Positions 18,901-30,821 are shown, numbered from the stretch's first letter. The stretch: 63,206 nt of DNA from Bacteroidales bacterium (GCA_017882305.1 JADGPU010000006.1:1-63206); one strand, 5' to 3'. The notes: generated by a model from the letters alone, not told the origin. A program made the numbers and translations.

Positions 18901-19148
18901 GACATGGAATTAACCATAGCTGCAACTTTTGAGACATTCCCTCCAGCAAAAAGAGTGAAAAACCTGCCCAAAACCATAAAGACAGGATTTCCCGGCGGGT
19001 GCCCGATCTCAAGTTTAAAACAAGAAGCTATGAATTCACCACAATCCCAAAGACTTGCGGTTGGTTCAATTGTCATCATGTAGGTAAACGCTGCAACAAT
19101 AAAAACTGACCATCCTGATACGTTATTAATCAACTTGTACTTCTTCAT
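15936..19148 (-). CDS. DUF2723 membrane protein (TMEM260-like GT-C glycosyltransferase)
   Basis: SLWDCGEFI, GHPPG, FWFSAVEGEVY, QPRERDY, FTNGDNDTFPLWY. Confidence 0.9.
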   Translation of the reverse strand: MKKYKLINNVSGWSVFIVAAFTYMMTIEPTASLWDCGEFIASCFKLEIGHPPGNPVFMVLGRFFTLFAGGNVSKVAAMVNSMSALASAFTILFLFWTITHLARKILIKNENQYNTGRIIAVMAAGIVGAIAYSFSDSFWFSAVEGEVYASSAFFTALVFWAILKWEDVAEEKHADRWLVLIGFLMGLSIGVHLLNLLTIPAIVLVYYFKKFEFSWKGFSISLVTSIILLSLLMFGIMPGVVAISSKFDWFFVNTLGLPSNSGMVIHVILIAVLFIFAVKFSFSSTNRVKNGVLAIAALFFTGIWVIGSSAVLNILALLIISGVIWYIAGKSRTTLNTLLTVIMVILIGYSANAIIVIRSSAKTPLNENNPSNPFNLLYFLNREQYGERPLFKGPYFNAPVTDYVDGKPKYALENGKYIITGHNLERLYDPRFVTLFPRMWSDQPDHQEVYRQWGRVKGTSIQVTDQSGEKKVLKKPTFRENLRFMFSYQFGYMYFRYFMWNFSGKQNDTQGTGGTVNGNWITGIKFLDEPRLGTSDLPGDMKTDPSKNKYYLLPFILGLVGMFYQLNRDNKNWGIILLLFVMTGIAIVIYLNQYPNQPRERDYAYAGSFYFFSVWIGLGVLALFEALSKLTGEKFAAPFAGLLCFILVPVVMGAENWDDHDRSGRYLARDVAFDYLNSCAPDAILFTNGDNDTFPLWYDQEVEGTRTDVRVCNLMLLNTDWYIDQMKSRTYGSAPLPVTLPVKKYYDGINNQLFIFEKTKDPVDISTIIDFVNSDNKATKMQVSATEILDIIPSRTIRIPVDKAKVLASGTVKPEDADKIVPYIDIKLKGNSILKSQLIVLDILAHNNWQRPVYFVTGYHNDALGLEEYFQLEGLAFRLVPIKSQNKSWLDYGRIDSDILYQNLIKKFVWGGANKKGVDIDYNHQRTIIVVKARLNYARLAKALSVEGKNEKAIETLNFCMEALPLEKIPYDPYMTDIVEAYFAAGATEKAVNMTNAFCDYYYKRLDYLLKQKPFIINSEEFEIQTAIQYTSRVANACTANGKPEIGEAITKKLESYYTDYVKVLQPSAK

Positions 19149-19275
19149 TCTATATTACCTTTATCTACAGAAAATCTTCTGTTAATTTCGCTGACGAAAA
19201 TACTTATTTTTTTCATACCATTATCAACAGATTAACAGTCACTAATTTTGCTATTTTTGAAGAATAGTTTTTTAA

Positions 19276-22173
19276 ATGAGACATAAACTAATATTTTTAT
19301 ATACAGCTTTGATTTTCTCAGTACAAGCTGTCACTGCACAATATTATGAGACAGGCCAGGATCCGGCATCAACAAAATGGATGCAGATAAAAACAGGCAG
19401 ATTCACTATCATTTATCCTGAGAAATACAACCCCGGGGGAATTGTGTACGCAAAATCGCTCGACGAAGCATACTCAAAACTTATGTCACTTTTCCCTGAA
19501 AAGAAGTTTAATATCCCGGTCGTCATTCATAATTTTTCTATTCAGTCAAATGGTTATGTCGCCTGGGCTCCTCGAAGGATGGAATTATATCCAACTCCGG
19601 ATCAGAACACTATTCCTCTCGCCGCGGAAAAACAACTTGCAATTCATGAGCTTGCTCACGTTCTTCAGATGGAATCATTAAACAGAAGCTTTTCAAAAGG
19701 GATGTCTATATTTTTAGGGGAACAGTTCACAGGAATTGTTGCTTCGCTTCTGCCAATATGGTTCCTTGAGGGTGATGCAGTTTTTGCCGAAACAGTACTT
19801 ACACAGTCTGGTCGAGGACGCATACCTTCATTCCAGAAACAGCTTAAAGCACTGATAGTTGATAATAAGAAAGATTTTGCCTACGATAAGATTCTTAATG
19901 GTTCTTATAGGGCTTTTGTACCTGATTATTACGAATCAGGTTATCAGATGGTAACCTGGGCCCTGACCAAAAATGACCCTCAGATATGGAATAAAGTACT
20001 TAAATTTACTGCTGAACAACCATTTACTCTTAACCCTGTGAATATAAGCCTTTCAAGAAGCTCAGGCTTAACAAAGAATAAACTCTGGAAGGAAACTTAC
20101 GATACGCTAAAGACTATCTGGACAAAAGATGTATTAAAAGACAACCCTGCAGATTATGAAATGGTAAATCCTGACAAACATGGACAATATATTAATTACT
20201 ATTCTCCTGTTTTTGCAGGTACCGACAGTATTATTGCAATTAAAACTTCATTAAGCGTCCCCCCATCATTTGTTCTCATCAATCCGATCCAAAAAACAGA
20301 AAAAAGGATTTATACACCAGGACAGGTATACCCCTTGTTTATCTCTTATGGTAAAACAAAGCTGGTTTGGGTTGAAACACAACCTGACCCCAGATGGGAA
20401 AACAGAGAGTATTCGGTTATTAAACTGATGGATATAAAAACCGGCAGCGTCATAAAACTTACGCGAAAATCGAGATATCTTGCAGCATCAGTATCTCCTG
20501 ACGGTAGCAAGATAGTTGCAGTGGAAAACAGTGTCAACAATATTAACAGGCTTGTCCTGATTGATGCTGAAACAGGTGCAGTGATACAGTCTGTCCTTAC
20601 TCCCGGAAATGTCTATCTCCAGCACCCGCAATGGGCGGAAGGTGGGAAGAAAGTAACTTTTATTTTCTTAGCAGATGCCGGAGAAGGAATCATGTCATTC
20701 AAATTTGAAGGACAGGAATGGGAGACCCTTATTGAATCAGCAAGAGATGATCTGCAGTCTTCATTCCTGAGAAACGATTCCCTCTTTTTTATTAGTTCTT
20801 CATCGGGGACAGATAATGTTTATCTCCGGACTCCCGAAAAAAAAACAGAGCCATTGACTCGTTCAAGATTTGGCACAGTTGATGTAAGTACTGGCGGAAA
20901 TAATCTCCTATTCTGTGATTATACATCCCTCGGGAACAATATCTGTAGTAGTCAAATTGTATCAGCCCGGGGAGTCCTTAAAGACAATGTAAATTCTTCA
21001 TCTTTCCTCATCAACAGATTTGACATTAAGACATCATCGGATGATGACAAGAGAAGCATTTTATATACATCTGAACCATACAGAAAATGGCAGCACCTTT
21101 TCAGATTTCACAGCTGGATGCCATTCTACATAGATATTGAAGAGCTTAATATCGATCCGGTGAGTGTCAGGCCAGGAGTTTCTATTATGACCCAGAATAC
21201 TTTAAGTACACTTACCTCAACTTTAGGTTATGAGTACTCAACAGATAAACGCAACCTGATTCATTCACGGATAACCTGGCAAGGGTGGTATCCGGTTATT
21301 GAATCACAGCTCGATTATGGTACACTTCCGCTAGTAAGTAAAATGGGGGCAACCGTTGCCAATCCTTCTGATATCAAGCCAGGTATGAGTTTCACAAATA
21401 CTATTTCATTTCCTCTTCAGTTCTCATCAGGCAGGTTTTCAGAGTTTCTGCGACCCTCTATTTCAACTAATTACATAAACAAATATATTTATATCAAAGA
21501 GAAAAGTAGTTATGATTATGGTCAGACCATTATTACAGCAAGACTCTATTTTACAAATTATTACCGGTCAGCAATTCGTGATATATATCCAAGGTGGGCA
21601 CAGATAGTTGATCTTAATTATAGCTATGCTCCCTTCGACAGGAATATCTATGGATCAGCAATCTCATTAAAAACCGCATTCTTTTTCCCTGGGATTTTCC
21701 CTAACAATGGCATAAAAATACGGTTCGAAACTGAAAAGCAGGATCCAAAGAAATATTTATATCAAAGTTTTTCATCCCTTCCACGTGGGTATTATAATAT
21801 TTTTCCGACAGATATTGATTTTCTTTCAGTCGATTATTTTCTGCCTTTAGCATACCCCGATTTCAATGTTGCAAGTCTCCTTTACCTTAAGAGGATTCGC
21901 ACAAGTCTCTTTTATGATTATGCTTCAGGGCCAGGTAATTCATTTTATCAATACTCTGCAAATGGGTTGGTTCCATTTTATGATGATCCCAATAAGATAT
22001 CTTTCAAATCATTTGGAATTGAATTGCTTTCAGATTTTCATGTCCTCAGGATACCCTATATGATATCCGCCGGAGTTCAGGCAGCATGGAAAAATGTGAA
22101 TGCACCACCCTCTATTGAATTACTGTTCAGCATTGATTTATATGGATTGACTTTCGGAAGAAGGCATATGTAA
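19276..22173 (+). CDS. Outer-membrane protein: zincin-like HExxH domain + beta-propeller + Omp85-like barrel
   Basis: Signal peptide; HELAH...WFLEGDA; PD40/TolB-like repeats (SPDG, PQW); C-terminal amphipathic strands with LPRGY. Confidence 0.65.
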   Translation: MRHKLIFLYTALIFSVQAVTAQYYETGQDPASTKWMQIKTGRFTIIYPEKYNPGGIVYAKSLDEAYSKLMSLFPEKKFNIPVVIHNFSIQSNGYVAWAPRRMELYPTPDQNTIPLAAEKQLAIHELAHVLQMESLNRSFSKGMSIFLGEQFTGIVASLLPIWFLEGDAVFAETVLTQSGRGRIPSFQKQLKALIVDNKKDFAYDKILNGSYRAFVPDYYESGYQMVTWALTKNDPQIWNKVLKFTAEQPFTLNPVNISLSRSSGLTKNKLWKETYDTLKTIWTKDVLKDNPADYEMVNPDKHGQYINYYSPVFAGTDSIIAIKTSLSVPPSFVLINPIQKTEKRIYTPGQVYPLFISYGKTKLVWVETQPDPRWENREYSVIKLMDIKTGSVIKLTRKSRYLAASVSPDGSKIVAVENSVNNINRLVLIDAETGAVIQSVLTPGNVYLQHPQWAEGGKKVTFIFLADAGEGIMSFKFEGQEWETLIESARDDLQSSFLRNDSLFFISSSSGTDNVYLRTPEKKTEPLTRSRFGTVDVSTGGNNLLFCDYTSLGNNICSSQIVSARGVLKDNVNSSSFLINRFDIKTSSDDDKRSILYTSEPYRKWQHLFRFHSWMPFYIDIEELNIDPVSVRPGVSIMTQNTLSTLTSTLGYEYSTDKRNLIHSRITWQGWYPVIESQLDYGTLPLVSKMGATVANPSDIKPGMSFTNTISFPLQFSSGRFSEFLRPSISTNYINKYIYIKEKSSYDYGQTIITARLYFTNYYRSAIRDIYPRWAQIVDLNYSYAPFDRNIYGSAISLKTAFFFPGIFPNNGIKIRFETEKQDPKKYLYQSFSSLPRGYYNIFPTDIDFLSVDYFLPLAYPDFNVASLLYLKRIRTSLFYDYASGPGNSFYQYSANGLVPFYDDPNKISFKSFGIELLSDFHVLRIPYMISAGVQAAWKNVNAPPSIELLFSIDLYGLTFGRRHM

Positions 22174-22178
22174 CCCTT

Positions 22179-23597
22179 TCAGGATATCAGCCTCCGGGCA
22201 GTCTCTTTTATCATAAGCCAGGCTCTTTCAACATGCCCGATAGTTATATTTGTCTGAGCTGTAACCATTCTAAGTGTATATTTCCCATTTAAAACAGTAT
22301 GGCTCAGATACAATTTTCCGGAATCATTAAGCTGATGATTTAGTCTTTCATTTAAAACATTTATCTGATCTTCACTAAAACCTGAAGGAATATACCTGAA
22401 ACAGACAACGCAGATAATCACAGGAGCAAGTATTTCAAAATCAACTTCTTTTGAGATCATTTCTGAAAGTTCTGATGCGATAGCAATATGATTTCTTACG
22501 GCTTTACGGAGGCCTTCAACACCGTAAGTTCTGATTACACTCCATAGTTTTAATGCTCTGAATCTCCTTCCCAGAGGGACACCCCAGTCGCGATAATCAT
22601 TTACTTTGCCTCTGGTCCGTGTTTTAAGATATTCCGGGAGAATCTCAAAGGTTTTAATCAAAGCCGATGCATCCTTTACAAAATAGGCGGTACAATCAAA
22701 GTTTGTAAACATCCATTTATGAGGATTGAACACAAAACTATCGATATATTCCTTTCCGTCAAGCATCCATTGAAATTCGGGCAAAATAAGCGCAGTACCG
22801 GCCATAGCAGCATCAACATGAAGCCACACATCATTTTCGTGACAAATCTCTCCTACAGCTCTTAAAGGATCAACTGCAGTGGTTCCTGTGGTACCTAAAG
22901 TTGCAACTACACAGCAAGGGACATGCCCTTTCTTTTTATCATTGAGGATTGCTTCTCTCAGCTTTTCAGGATCTATTGAAAAGTCATCTCTGACAGGAAT
23001 TTTAACAAGGTTTTTCCTGCCGATTCCACTTATTTTAACAGCTTTTTCCACAGATGAATGAGTCTGCCCCGAACAGTATGCTTTCAGAATTACTGATTTT
23101 TGGAGACCCTCAATGTTGGCTGAAAAATTTGTAGCCTTTTCCCGAGCTGTCAGAATTGCTGCAAGCGTGGCAGTTGAGGCAGAATCCTGAATTACACCTT
23201 CAAATCCTGAAGGAAGCCTTATCAGGTCCCTTAACCAGACCATCATTTTTTCTTCGAGCTCTGCTGCTGCAGGAGAGGTTTCCCATATCATGCACTGGGC
23301 TGCAAGTGTTGCAATCAGCATTTCAGCCAGGATAGATGCGGGGCTGGTATTCGCCGGAAAATATGCAAAAAAATTAGGATTCTGCCAGTGGGTCATTCCC
23401 GGCATTATTATTTCATTGAAATCCCTCATTAGAGAGTCGAATGATTCGGAATGTTGAGGGGGTTTGTCAGGAATTTTATCAAAAATCTCACCCGGCTTTA
23501 CTGATGATTTGACAGGCCAGTTCTCAACATTTTCCATATAGCCCGCCATCCATTCGACAAGCTCATGGGCATGTTTTCGGAATTCATCAGGTGTCAT
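22179..23597 (-). CDS. PLP-dependent group II decarboxylase (aromatic-L-amino-acid decarboxylase-like)
   Basis: THWQ.P.FFAYFP, WLHVDAA, FNPHKW (PLP Lys), PLGRRFRALKLW. Confidence 0.92.
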   Translation of the reverse strand: MTPDEFRKHAHELVEWMAGYMENVENWPVKSSVKPGEIFDKIPDKPPQHSESFDSLMRDFNEIIMPGMTHWQNPNFFAYFPANTSPASILAEMLIATLAAQCMIWETSPAAAELEEKMMVWLRDLIRLPSGFEGVIQDSASTATLAAILTAREKATNFSANIEGLQKSVILKAYCSGQTHSSVEKAVKISGIGRKNLVKIPVRDDFSIDPEKLREAILNDKKKGHVPCCVVATLGTTGTTAVDPLRAVGEICHENDVWLHVDAAMAGTALILPEFQWMLDGKEYIDSFVFNPHKWMFTNFDCTAYFVKDASALIKTFEILPEYLKTRTRGKVNDYRDWGVPLGRRFRALKLWSVIRTYGVEGLRKAVRNHIAIASELSEMISKEVDFEILAPVIICVVCFRYIPSGFSEDQINVLNERLNHQLNDSGKLYLSHTVLNGKYTLRMVTAQTNITIGHVERAWLMIKETARRLIS

Positions 23598-23607
23598 TTG
23601 CTATACG

Positions 23608-23853
23608 TTAACTAACGGAATCTGCAAGAAGAATTATTTTATTTGCTTTTACTTCAATCACCCCCCCGCTGATCTCATATGTTATTTCTTTGTCTTCCTG
23701 ATCGACCATTCTGACTGAACCATTTTCGAGGGTAGAGATAATTGGCGCATGGTCCTTTAGTACCTGGAATGATCCTTTCTTCCCCGGAACTCTGATCGAT
23801 TTAATTTCCCCGTCAAAAATTTTTTTGCCGGGCGTGATAATCTCAATTTTCAT
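23608..23853 (-). CDS. atpC: ATP synthase F1 epsilon (short, no C-terminal helices)
   Basis: IITP, PG..G.FQVL.DHAP.IS.L; follows atpD. Confidence 0.93.
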   Translation of the reverse strand: MKIEIITPGKKIFDGEIKSIRVPGKKGSFQVLKDHAPIISTLENGSVRMVDQEDKEITYEISGGVIEVKANKIILLADSVS

Positions 23854-23892
23854 TACAACTTATTAATAAAAAGAAGTTTCCCAATCAGTCAA

Positions 23893-25410
<1,518 letters not shown>

Positions 25411-25614
25411 TTATTTATATAAGTTTTCCAGAAGAGACAAAATTAATAATTTTTGTGTGTTAACCTGACTTATATCCTTATAAATTCAGTTTTGTCAAAA
25501 AGATCAATTCGCCCTGTTATTTATCAGATTCATTTGGTCTGAAATTCCATAAATTTTTTATCTTTATTGTCAGAACCAATGAAACCAGATATCAACCAAA
25601 TTAAAAACAGGTTC

Positions 25615-26190
25615 ATGAAAAAGCTTTTTGTGACATTCCTTTTAATGGTTTCTGTACTGACTATGGCAGATGGCCAGTTTACCGGGATAGGAGGAGGATT
25701 AGCCATGAGCAGTGGTTTCCAGTTTCATGATCAAATATTAACGGTAAATAAGAGCAATTTTGTTGCAATCTCGTTTAAAGGCTTCTACAAAATTAGTGTG
25801 CCTTTTTATGTTTCTCCCTCTTTTACTTTTTTTTATCCACATGTCACAAAAGAGCAGGTGTCGAAACAAACAATATCTTCAATGATGTTTGACATAAATG
25901 GACACTACTTTCTCAACTCTACTGACAGGTTTGAATTTTATGGTCTTGCAGGACTTAATATATTGTTTGCAAGTTATAAGCATTCGGGCGAGGGCCTGCC
26001 TGCATATAAAGAGAGTGATAATGCGCCGGGGCTTAATATTGGAGTAGGGACTTATATCAAAATAACTAAAAAATTCGATATCTACGGAGAAGCTAAATAT
26101 GTTTTCAACAACAGGTATAATCAGTTTATGCTTAACGCGGGAGTACTGCTAAATATTGAGCCGAAGAATAAACACGAAAATAAGGAATAA
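25615..26190 (+). CDS. 8-stranded outer-membrane beta-barrel protein
   Basis: Start reassigned to MKKLF...; signal peptide; FEFYGLAGLN, GLNIG.G, IYGEAKY strands. Confidence 0.75.
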   Translation: MKKLFVTFLLMVSVLTMADGQFTGIGGGLAMSSGFQFHDQILTVNKSNFVAISFKGFYKISVPFYVSPSFTFFYPHVTKEQVSKQTISSMMFDINGHYFLNSTDRFEFYGLAGLNILFASYKHSGEGLPAYKESDNAPGLNIGVGTYIKITKKFDIYGEAKYVFNNRYNQFMLNAGVLLNIEPKNKHENKE

Positions 26191-26194
26191 TAGT

Positions 26195-27169
26195 TTAATT
26201 ATCTCTTCCAATAAGTGAGCTGGCAATATTAGCCAGCTCTGTTTTTCTTTCACTAATTACACCTATCTTTTCAAGCAGACTGAAAGCCGTGTTAATATAA
26301 TCATTAGCAAGGTCTTCTGAAATATTCTTAATATTCAGCTGATCGTACAAATCAATGACTTTTTTTACTTTGATTTCAGGATCACATTCTTTCAAAGCAA
26401 ATTGTTCATGGAGTTGTTTTGCCTGTTCGACTGATGCTATTTCCAGGGCTTTCACAAGCATAAAGGTTTTTTTATTGGAAATAATGTCTCCTCCCAGAAT
26501 TTTGCCAAATACTTTAATATCTCCATAAATATCAAGCAGGTCATCCTGAATCTGGAATGCAAAACCCAGGTTTCTTCCAAATTCATAAAGCAGGTCAGAA
26601 TCCTTGTCATCCGCACCACCAATAATAGAACCAATTTTAGCTGATGCGGCCAGGAGCACCGCTGTTTTCAGCTCGATCATACGCAAATATTCCTCGTGTG
26701 AAATAATAGTTACTTTTTCAAAATCTATGTCGAATTGCTGACCCACACATACTTCAATTGCTGCTTTATTAAACACTTTGAAAACTTTCTGCAAGCAGTG
26801 AGAAGGAGTTTGTAAAAAACATTCATTCGCAATAAATGCCATTACATCGCCTGACAGAACTGCCTGGTTAAGGTTCCATTTACTGTGGACAGTGGGCAGG
26901 TTCCTTCTTACAGGTGCATGATCCATAATATCATCATGAACCAGGGTAAAATTATGAAACACCTCAAGCCCTGTTGCAGGTATTACTGCTTCATCAATTG
27001 TATCACTAAAAAGGTTGCAAGCCATCAGGGCCAAAACGGGTCTTAGTCTTTTCCCACCGATAGAAAGAATATACTTAACCGGATCATTAAGTTTTTCTGC
27101 TTCCTCGTTATAGGAAAGATTAAGAATAGCCTTATTGACTAATTTTTTAAGATCAGACTGAGTATACAT
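26195..27169 (-). CDS. Short-chain polyprenyl diphosphate (FPP/GGPP) synthase
   Basis: GGKRLRP, HNFTLVHDDIMD (FARM with Phe at -5), FQIQDDLLD (SARM). Confidence 0.93.
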   Translation of the reverse strand: MYTQSDLKKLVNKAILNLSYNEEAEKLNDPVKYILSIGGKRLRPVLALMACNLFSDTIDEAVIPATGLEVFHNFTLVHDDIMDHAPVRRNLPTVHSKWNLNQAVLSGDVMAFIANECFLQTPSHCLQKVFKVFNKAAIEVCVGQQFDIDFEKVTIISHEEYLRMIELKTAVLLAASAKIGSIIGGADDKDSDLLYEFGRNLGFAFQIQDDLLDIYGDIKVFGKILGGDIISNKKTFMLVKALEIASVEQAKQLHEQFALKECDPEIKVKKVIDLYDQLNIKNISEDLANDYINTAFSLLEKIGVISERKTELANIASSLIGRDN

Positions 27170-27203
27170 TATTATTCTTTTACAACCTGATATTGAATTA
27201 ATT

Positions 27204-28088
27204 TTAACCTCTCAGAGCTTCAGCGCCATTTACAACTTCGAGTATAGCATTTGTAATAGTGGCTTGTCTTGCTTTGTTATACTGAAGTGTCAGATCGCGG
27301 ATTAGGTCTGTTGCATTGTCAGTTGCCTTATGCATAGCGGTCATACGGGCACCATGTTCTGCTACAAATGAATCAAGAATTGCTTTATAAAATTGAATTT
27401 TTAATGACTTTGGAATTAACTCTTTGATAATGCCCTCTTTATCTGGTTCATAAATGTAATCAGTCGGAGCAATTTTAACATTTCCCGGTGGAACTGTCTC
27501 AACAGGTAAGAATACTTCATTAGTAAGGTTTTGTACTGCAGCATTTTTAAACTGATTATAAATCAGTTCTACTCTGTCAAATTCCAATGAAACAAAACTG
27601 CTCATAATCTGTTCAGCCATTCTGGAAACATTATCAAATGTAAGATCATTAAACAGATTATTCTGCTCAGGAAGCATATTTACTTTCTGTTTTCTGAAAT
27701 AATCAAATCCCTTCTTCCCGATTGTTAAAAACATCAGGTTCCCCTTTCTGAACTGGTCAGAGTATTTTTCTGAAATGACCATTCTTGTTTCATTTATAAC
27801 ATTGGTATTGAATGCTCCGCAGAGACCTCTGTTAGATGTGACTACAACAATCAGAACCTTTTCAGGAGAAGATACCCTTCCATAAACATTGTCGACTTCA
27901 GAGTCTGCAATACTTTGTGAAAGATCAACCAGTAACTCGTGTAATTTTTTTGCATAAGGCCTTAGTCTCACAATCTTATCCTGAGCTTTCCGTAATTTGG
28001 CAGCAGATACCATTTTCATTGCTGATGTGATCTGCCTTGTTGACTTAAATGAGGTGATCCTTATCCTTATTGCCTTTAAATTCTCCAT
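27204..28088 (-). CDS. atpG: ATP synthase F1 gamma
   Basis: QITSAMKMVSAAKL, RGLCGAFN, ARMTAM..ATDNA, YNKARQA.IT. Confidence 0.97.
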   Translation of the reverse strand: MENLKAIRIRITSFKSTRQITSAMKMVSAAKLRKAQDKIVRLRPYAKKLHELLVDLSQSIADSEVDNVYGRVSSPEKVLIVVVTSNRGLCGAFNTNVINETRMVISEKYSDQFRKGNLMFLTIGKKGFDYFRKQKVNMLPEQNNLFNDLTFDNVSRMAEQIMSSFVSLEFDRVELIYNQFKNAAVQNLTNEVFLPVETVPPGNVKIAPTDYIYEPDKEGIIKELIPKSLKIQFYKAILDSFVAEHGARMTAMHKATDNATDLIRDLTLQYNKARQATITNAILEVVNGAEALRG

Positions 28089-28116
28089 CTAGAATTCATT
28101 CCCCCAGTTTTTCTGA

Positions 28117-29700
28117 TTACAGTGGCTTGTACTTTATAACTAAATCCGCGGCAACTTTTTCAAGAACTTTAGTGATATCATCGTTAAGTATGCCGTCACG
28201 AAGACTATCGAGAGTATCCCTGTGTTTATGCTCAAGCAACTCCATAAAATCAATTTCGAAACTCTTCACTTTGTTTATAGGAACATCTTTTAAAAGTCCG
28301 GTGGTACCGCAATATATAATTGCTATTTGTTTTTCAATAGGCACAGGTGCAAACTGAGCCTGTTTAAGGATTTCAACGTTTTTAGCTCCTTTATTCAGAA
28401 TAGCCAGAGTTGAAGCGTCGAGATCAGAACCAAATTTAGAAAATGCTTCGAGTTCACGGTATTGAGCCTGATCAACTTTTAATGTACCGGCGATCTTTTT
28501 CATCGCCTTAATCTGGGCATTTCCTCCTACCCTTGATACGGAGATTCCGACATTAATTGCGGGTCGTACTCCCGAGTTGAAAAGGCTCGATTCGAGAAAT
28601 ATCTGTCCATCGGTGATCGATATCACATTTGTCGGAATATATGCCGAAACATCACCGGCCTGAGTTTCAATTATTGGAAGGGCAGTAAGCGATCCTCCTC
28701 CTTTTACAAGGTGCCGTATCGATTCGGGAATATCATTCATCTTTTTGGCAACATCATCAGATTCAATTATTTTAGCTGCTCTTTCAAGAAGTCTGGAGTG
28801 CAGATAAAAAACATCTCCGGGGTATGCTTCACGTCCGGGCGGACGACGGAGTAAAAGTGAGACTTCCCTGTATGATACTGCCTGCTTGGAAAGGTCATCG
28901 TAAATGATAAGGGCATCACGACCCGTGTCGCGGAAAAATTCTCCGATCGCAGCTCCTGCAAAGGGAGCATAGAATTGTGATGCAGCGGGATCAGAAGCAG
29001 TAGCAAGAACAATAACTGTATATGCAAGTGCACCATGTTCTTCAAGTGTTACTGCTATATTGGCAACCGTTGAACCTTTTTGTCCGATTGCAACATAAAT
29101 ACAATAAACAGGTTTCCCTTTTTCAAAGTTACTTCGCTGATTAATGATTGTATCAATGGCAATGGCGGTTTTGCCAGTTTGTCTGTCACCGATGATAAGT
29201 TCCCTCTGACCACGACCTATTGGAATCATTGCATCAATTGCCTTGATCCCGGTCTGGAGAGGTTGCTTGACGGGCTGACGGAAAATAACTCCGGGAGCTT
29301 TTCTCTCAAATGGGAGATTAAATAGTTCACCGGTAATTGGACCTTTACCATCAATTGGCTGTCCTGTAGGTGTTATAACTCTACCTAATAATCCTTCACC
29401 TACTCCGATAGAAGCAATACGGCCGGTTCTTTTAACGATATCACCTTCATTTATCTCTTCAGTGGGACCAAGTAATACTGCACCGATATTATCTTCTTCA
29501 AGGTTTAGAACAATAGCTTCAATTCCATTTTCAAATTCAATCAGCTCATTCGATTGTGCATTTGAAAGTCCGTATATACGTGCGATTCCGTCACCAACCT
29601 GAAGCACTGTTCCAACTTCTTCCAGTTCAACACCGGTCTGTATTCCTTCGAGTTGTTGCCTGAGAATTTTTGAAACTTCTGATGGTTTAATATTTGCCAT
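28117..29700 (-). CDS. atpA: ATP synthase F1 alpha
   Basis: [31 protein letters not shown]. Confidence 0.98.
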   Translation of the reverse strand: MANIKPSEVSKILRQQLEGIQTGVELEEVGTVLQVGDGIARIYGLSNAQSNELIEFENGIEAIVLNLEEDNIGAVLLGPTEEINEGDIVKRTGRIASIGVGEGLLGRVITPTGQPIDGKGPITGELFNLPFERKAPGVIFRQPVKQPLQTGIKAIDAMIPIGRGQRELIIGDRQTGKTAIAIDTIINQRSNFEKGKPVYCIYVAIGQKGSTVANIAVTLEEHGALAYTVIVLATASDPAASQFYAPFAGAAIGEFFRDTGRDALIIYDDLSKQAVSYREVSLLLRRPPGREAYPGDVFYLHSRLLERAAKIIESDDVAKKMNDIPESIRHLVKGGGSLTALPIIETQAGDVSAYIPTNVISITDGQIFLESSLFNSGVRPAINVGISVSRVGGNAQIKAMKKIAGTLKVDQAQYRELEAFSKFGSDLDASTLAILNKGAKNVEILKQAQFAPVPIEKQIAIIYCGTTGLLKDVPINKVKSFEIDFMELLEHKHRDTLDSLRDGILNDDITKVLEKVAADLVIKYKPL

Positions 29701-29738
29701 ACTATATCTTCTTAAAAATCTTTAATTGTAATCTTTTT

Positions 29739-30290
29739 CTATTTTGGTATTATGACACTTCCTATAAGTTCTTTTTTTATTTTCCTGAGTTTATTCCTTA
29801 TGCTGGCATCGATGTAATTATCATCAACCTGAAGGATAAAGCCTCCAACTATTTCAGGATCAATATTTTCTTTGAGTTCAACTTTAGTCTTGAAAACATC
29901 AGAAATAAGATCAGTTATCTGTTTTTTGACTTTATCGTCAATTTTAACTGCAGTGGTAAGCACAGATTCGGTGATCCCCTTGAATTTCTTCGTTTCGTGG
30001 ATAAATACCCTTGTAATTGCAGGAATAAAACTTTCCCGCCCGTTTTTCACAATAAGGTCGATAATGGAAAGAGTGATCTTTTCAACGTTATCTCCAAGCA
30101 TTTTGTGAAATATTGCCTCCTTCTTGGAGGGAACAATGATGGGACTATTCAGGAACTCTTTTGTTTCCGCAATTTTACAGATCTCTGAAATAAAGATCAT
30201 GTCCTGGTAGACATTATCAAGAATCTTTTTTTCGAGAGCTGACTGAAATAATGCCCTTGAGTATCTTACAGATATTTTGCTGTCGTTCAT
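29739..30290 (-). CDS. atpH: ATP synthase delta
   Basis: RY..ALF, DP.I.GGF.L.V.D..IDASI; operon position. Confidence 0.95.
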   Translation of the reverse strand: MNDSKISVRYSRALFQSALEKKILDNVYQDMIFISEICKIAETKEFLNSPIIVPSKKEAIFHKMLGDNVEKITLSIIDLIVKNGRESFIPAITRVFIHETKKFKGITESVLTTAVKIDDKVKKQITDLISDVFKTKVELKENIDPEIVGGFILQVDDNYIDASIRNKLRKIKKELIGSVIIPK

Positions 30291-30305
30291 TACAGATTCC
30301 GGTTC

Positions 30306-30821
30306 CTAGTTTTTATTTAAATCAATCTCGTTCAGATAATTATCGATCAGTTTTGCCTGTTCACCTGATTGCTTAAGTTTTTTACCCAGCAGTTTTGAGG
30401 CAATGTCAACTGAAAGAGTTGCAACCTGTTCATGAATCTCCGAAAGTGCTTTTAGTTTTTGGTTTTCAATCCCGACTCTTGCCTTTTCAACAAGTTTTTC
30501 AGCCTCCTCTGTAGCTTTTCCTTTGGCTTCAGAAATGAGCTTGTCACGTACCTCTCTGGCATCTTTCAGGATATTTTCCCGTTCTTCTCTTGCTTTGCGA
30601 AGGATTATTTCATTATCACTCTGCAGCTTTAACATTTCTTCTCTGGCTTTTGCAGCAGATTCGAGAGAACCTTTAATCATCTCATCTCTTGCTTTCACCG
30701 AAGAAAGAATGGGCTTCCAGGCAAATTTGGTAAGTACCACGAGAAATAAAACAAAGATCAGAGCTGACCAGAAAATTGTTCCTACTCCCGGTGAAACAAG
30801 GCTGTTTGCTAAAAGTATCAT
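30306..30821 (-). CDS. atpF: ATP synthase Fo b
   Basis: N-terminal TM, KFAWKPIL, coiled coil. Confidence 0.95.
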   Translation of the reverse strand: MILLANSLVSPGVGTIFWSALIFVLFLVVLTKFAWKPILSSVKARDEMIKGSLESAAKAREEMLKLQSDNEIILRKAREERENILKDAREVRDKLISEAKGKATEEAEKLVEKARVGIENQKLKALSEIHEQVATLSVDIASKLLGKKLKQSGEQAKLIDNYLNEIDLNKN

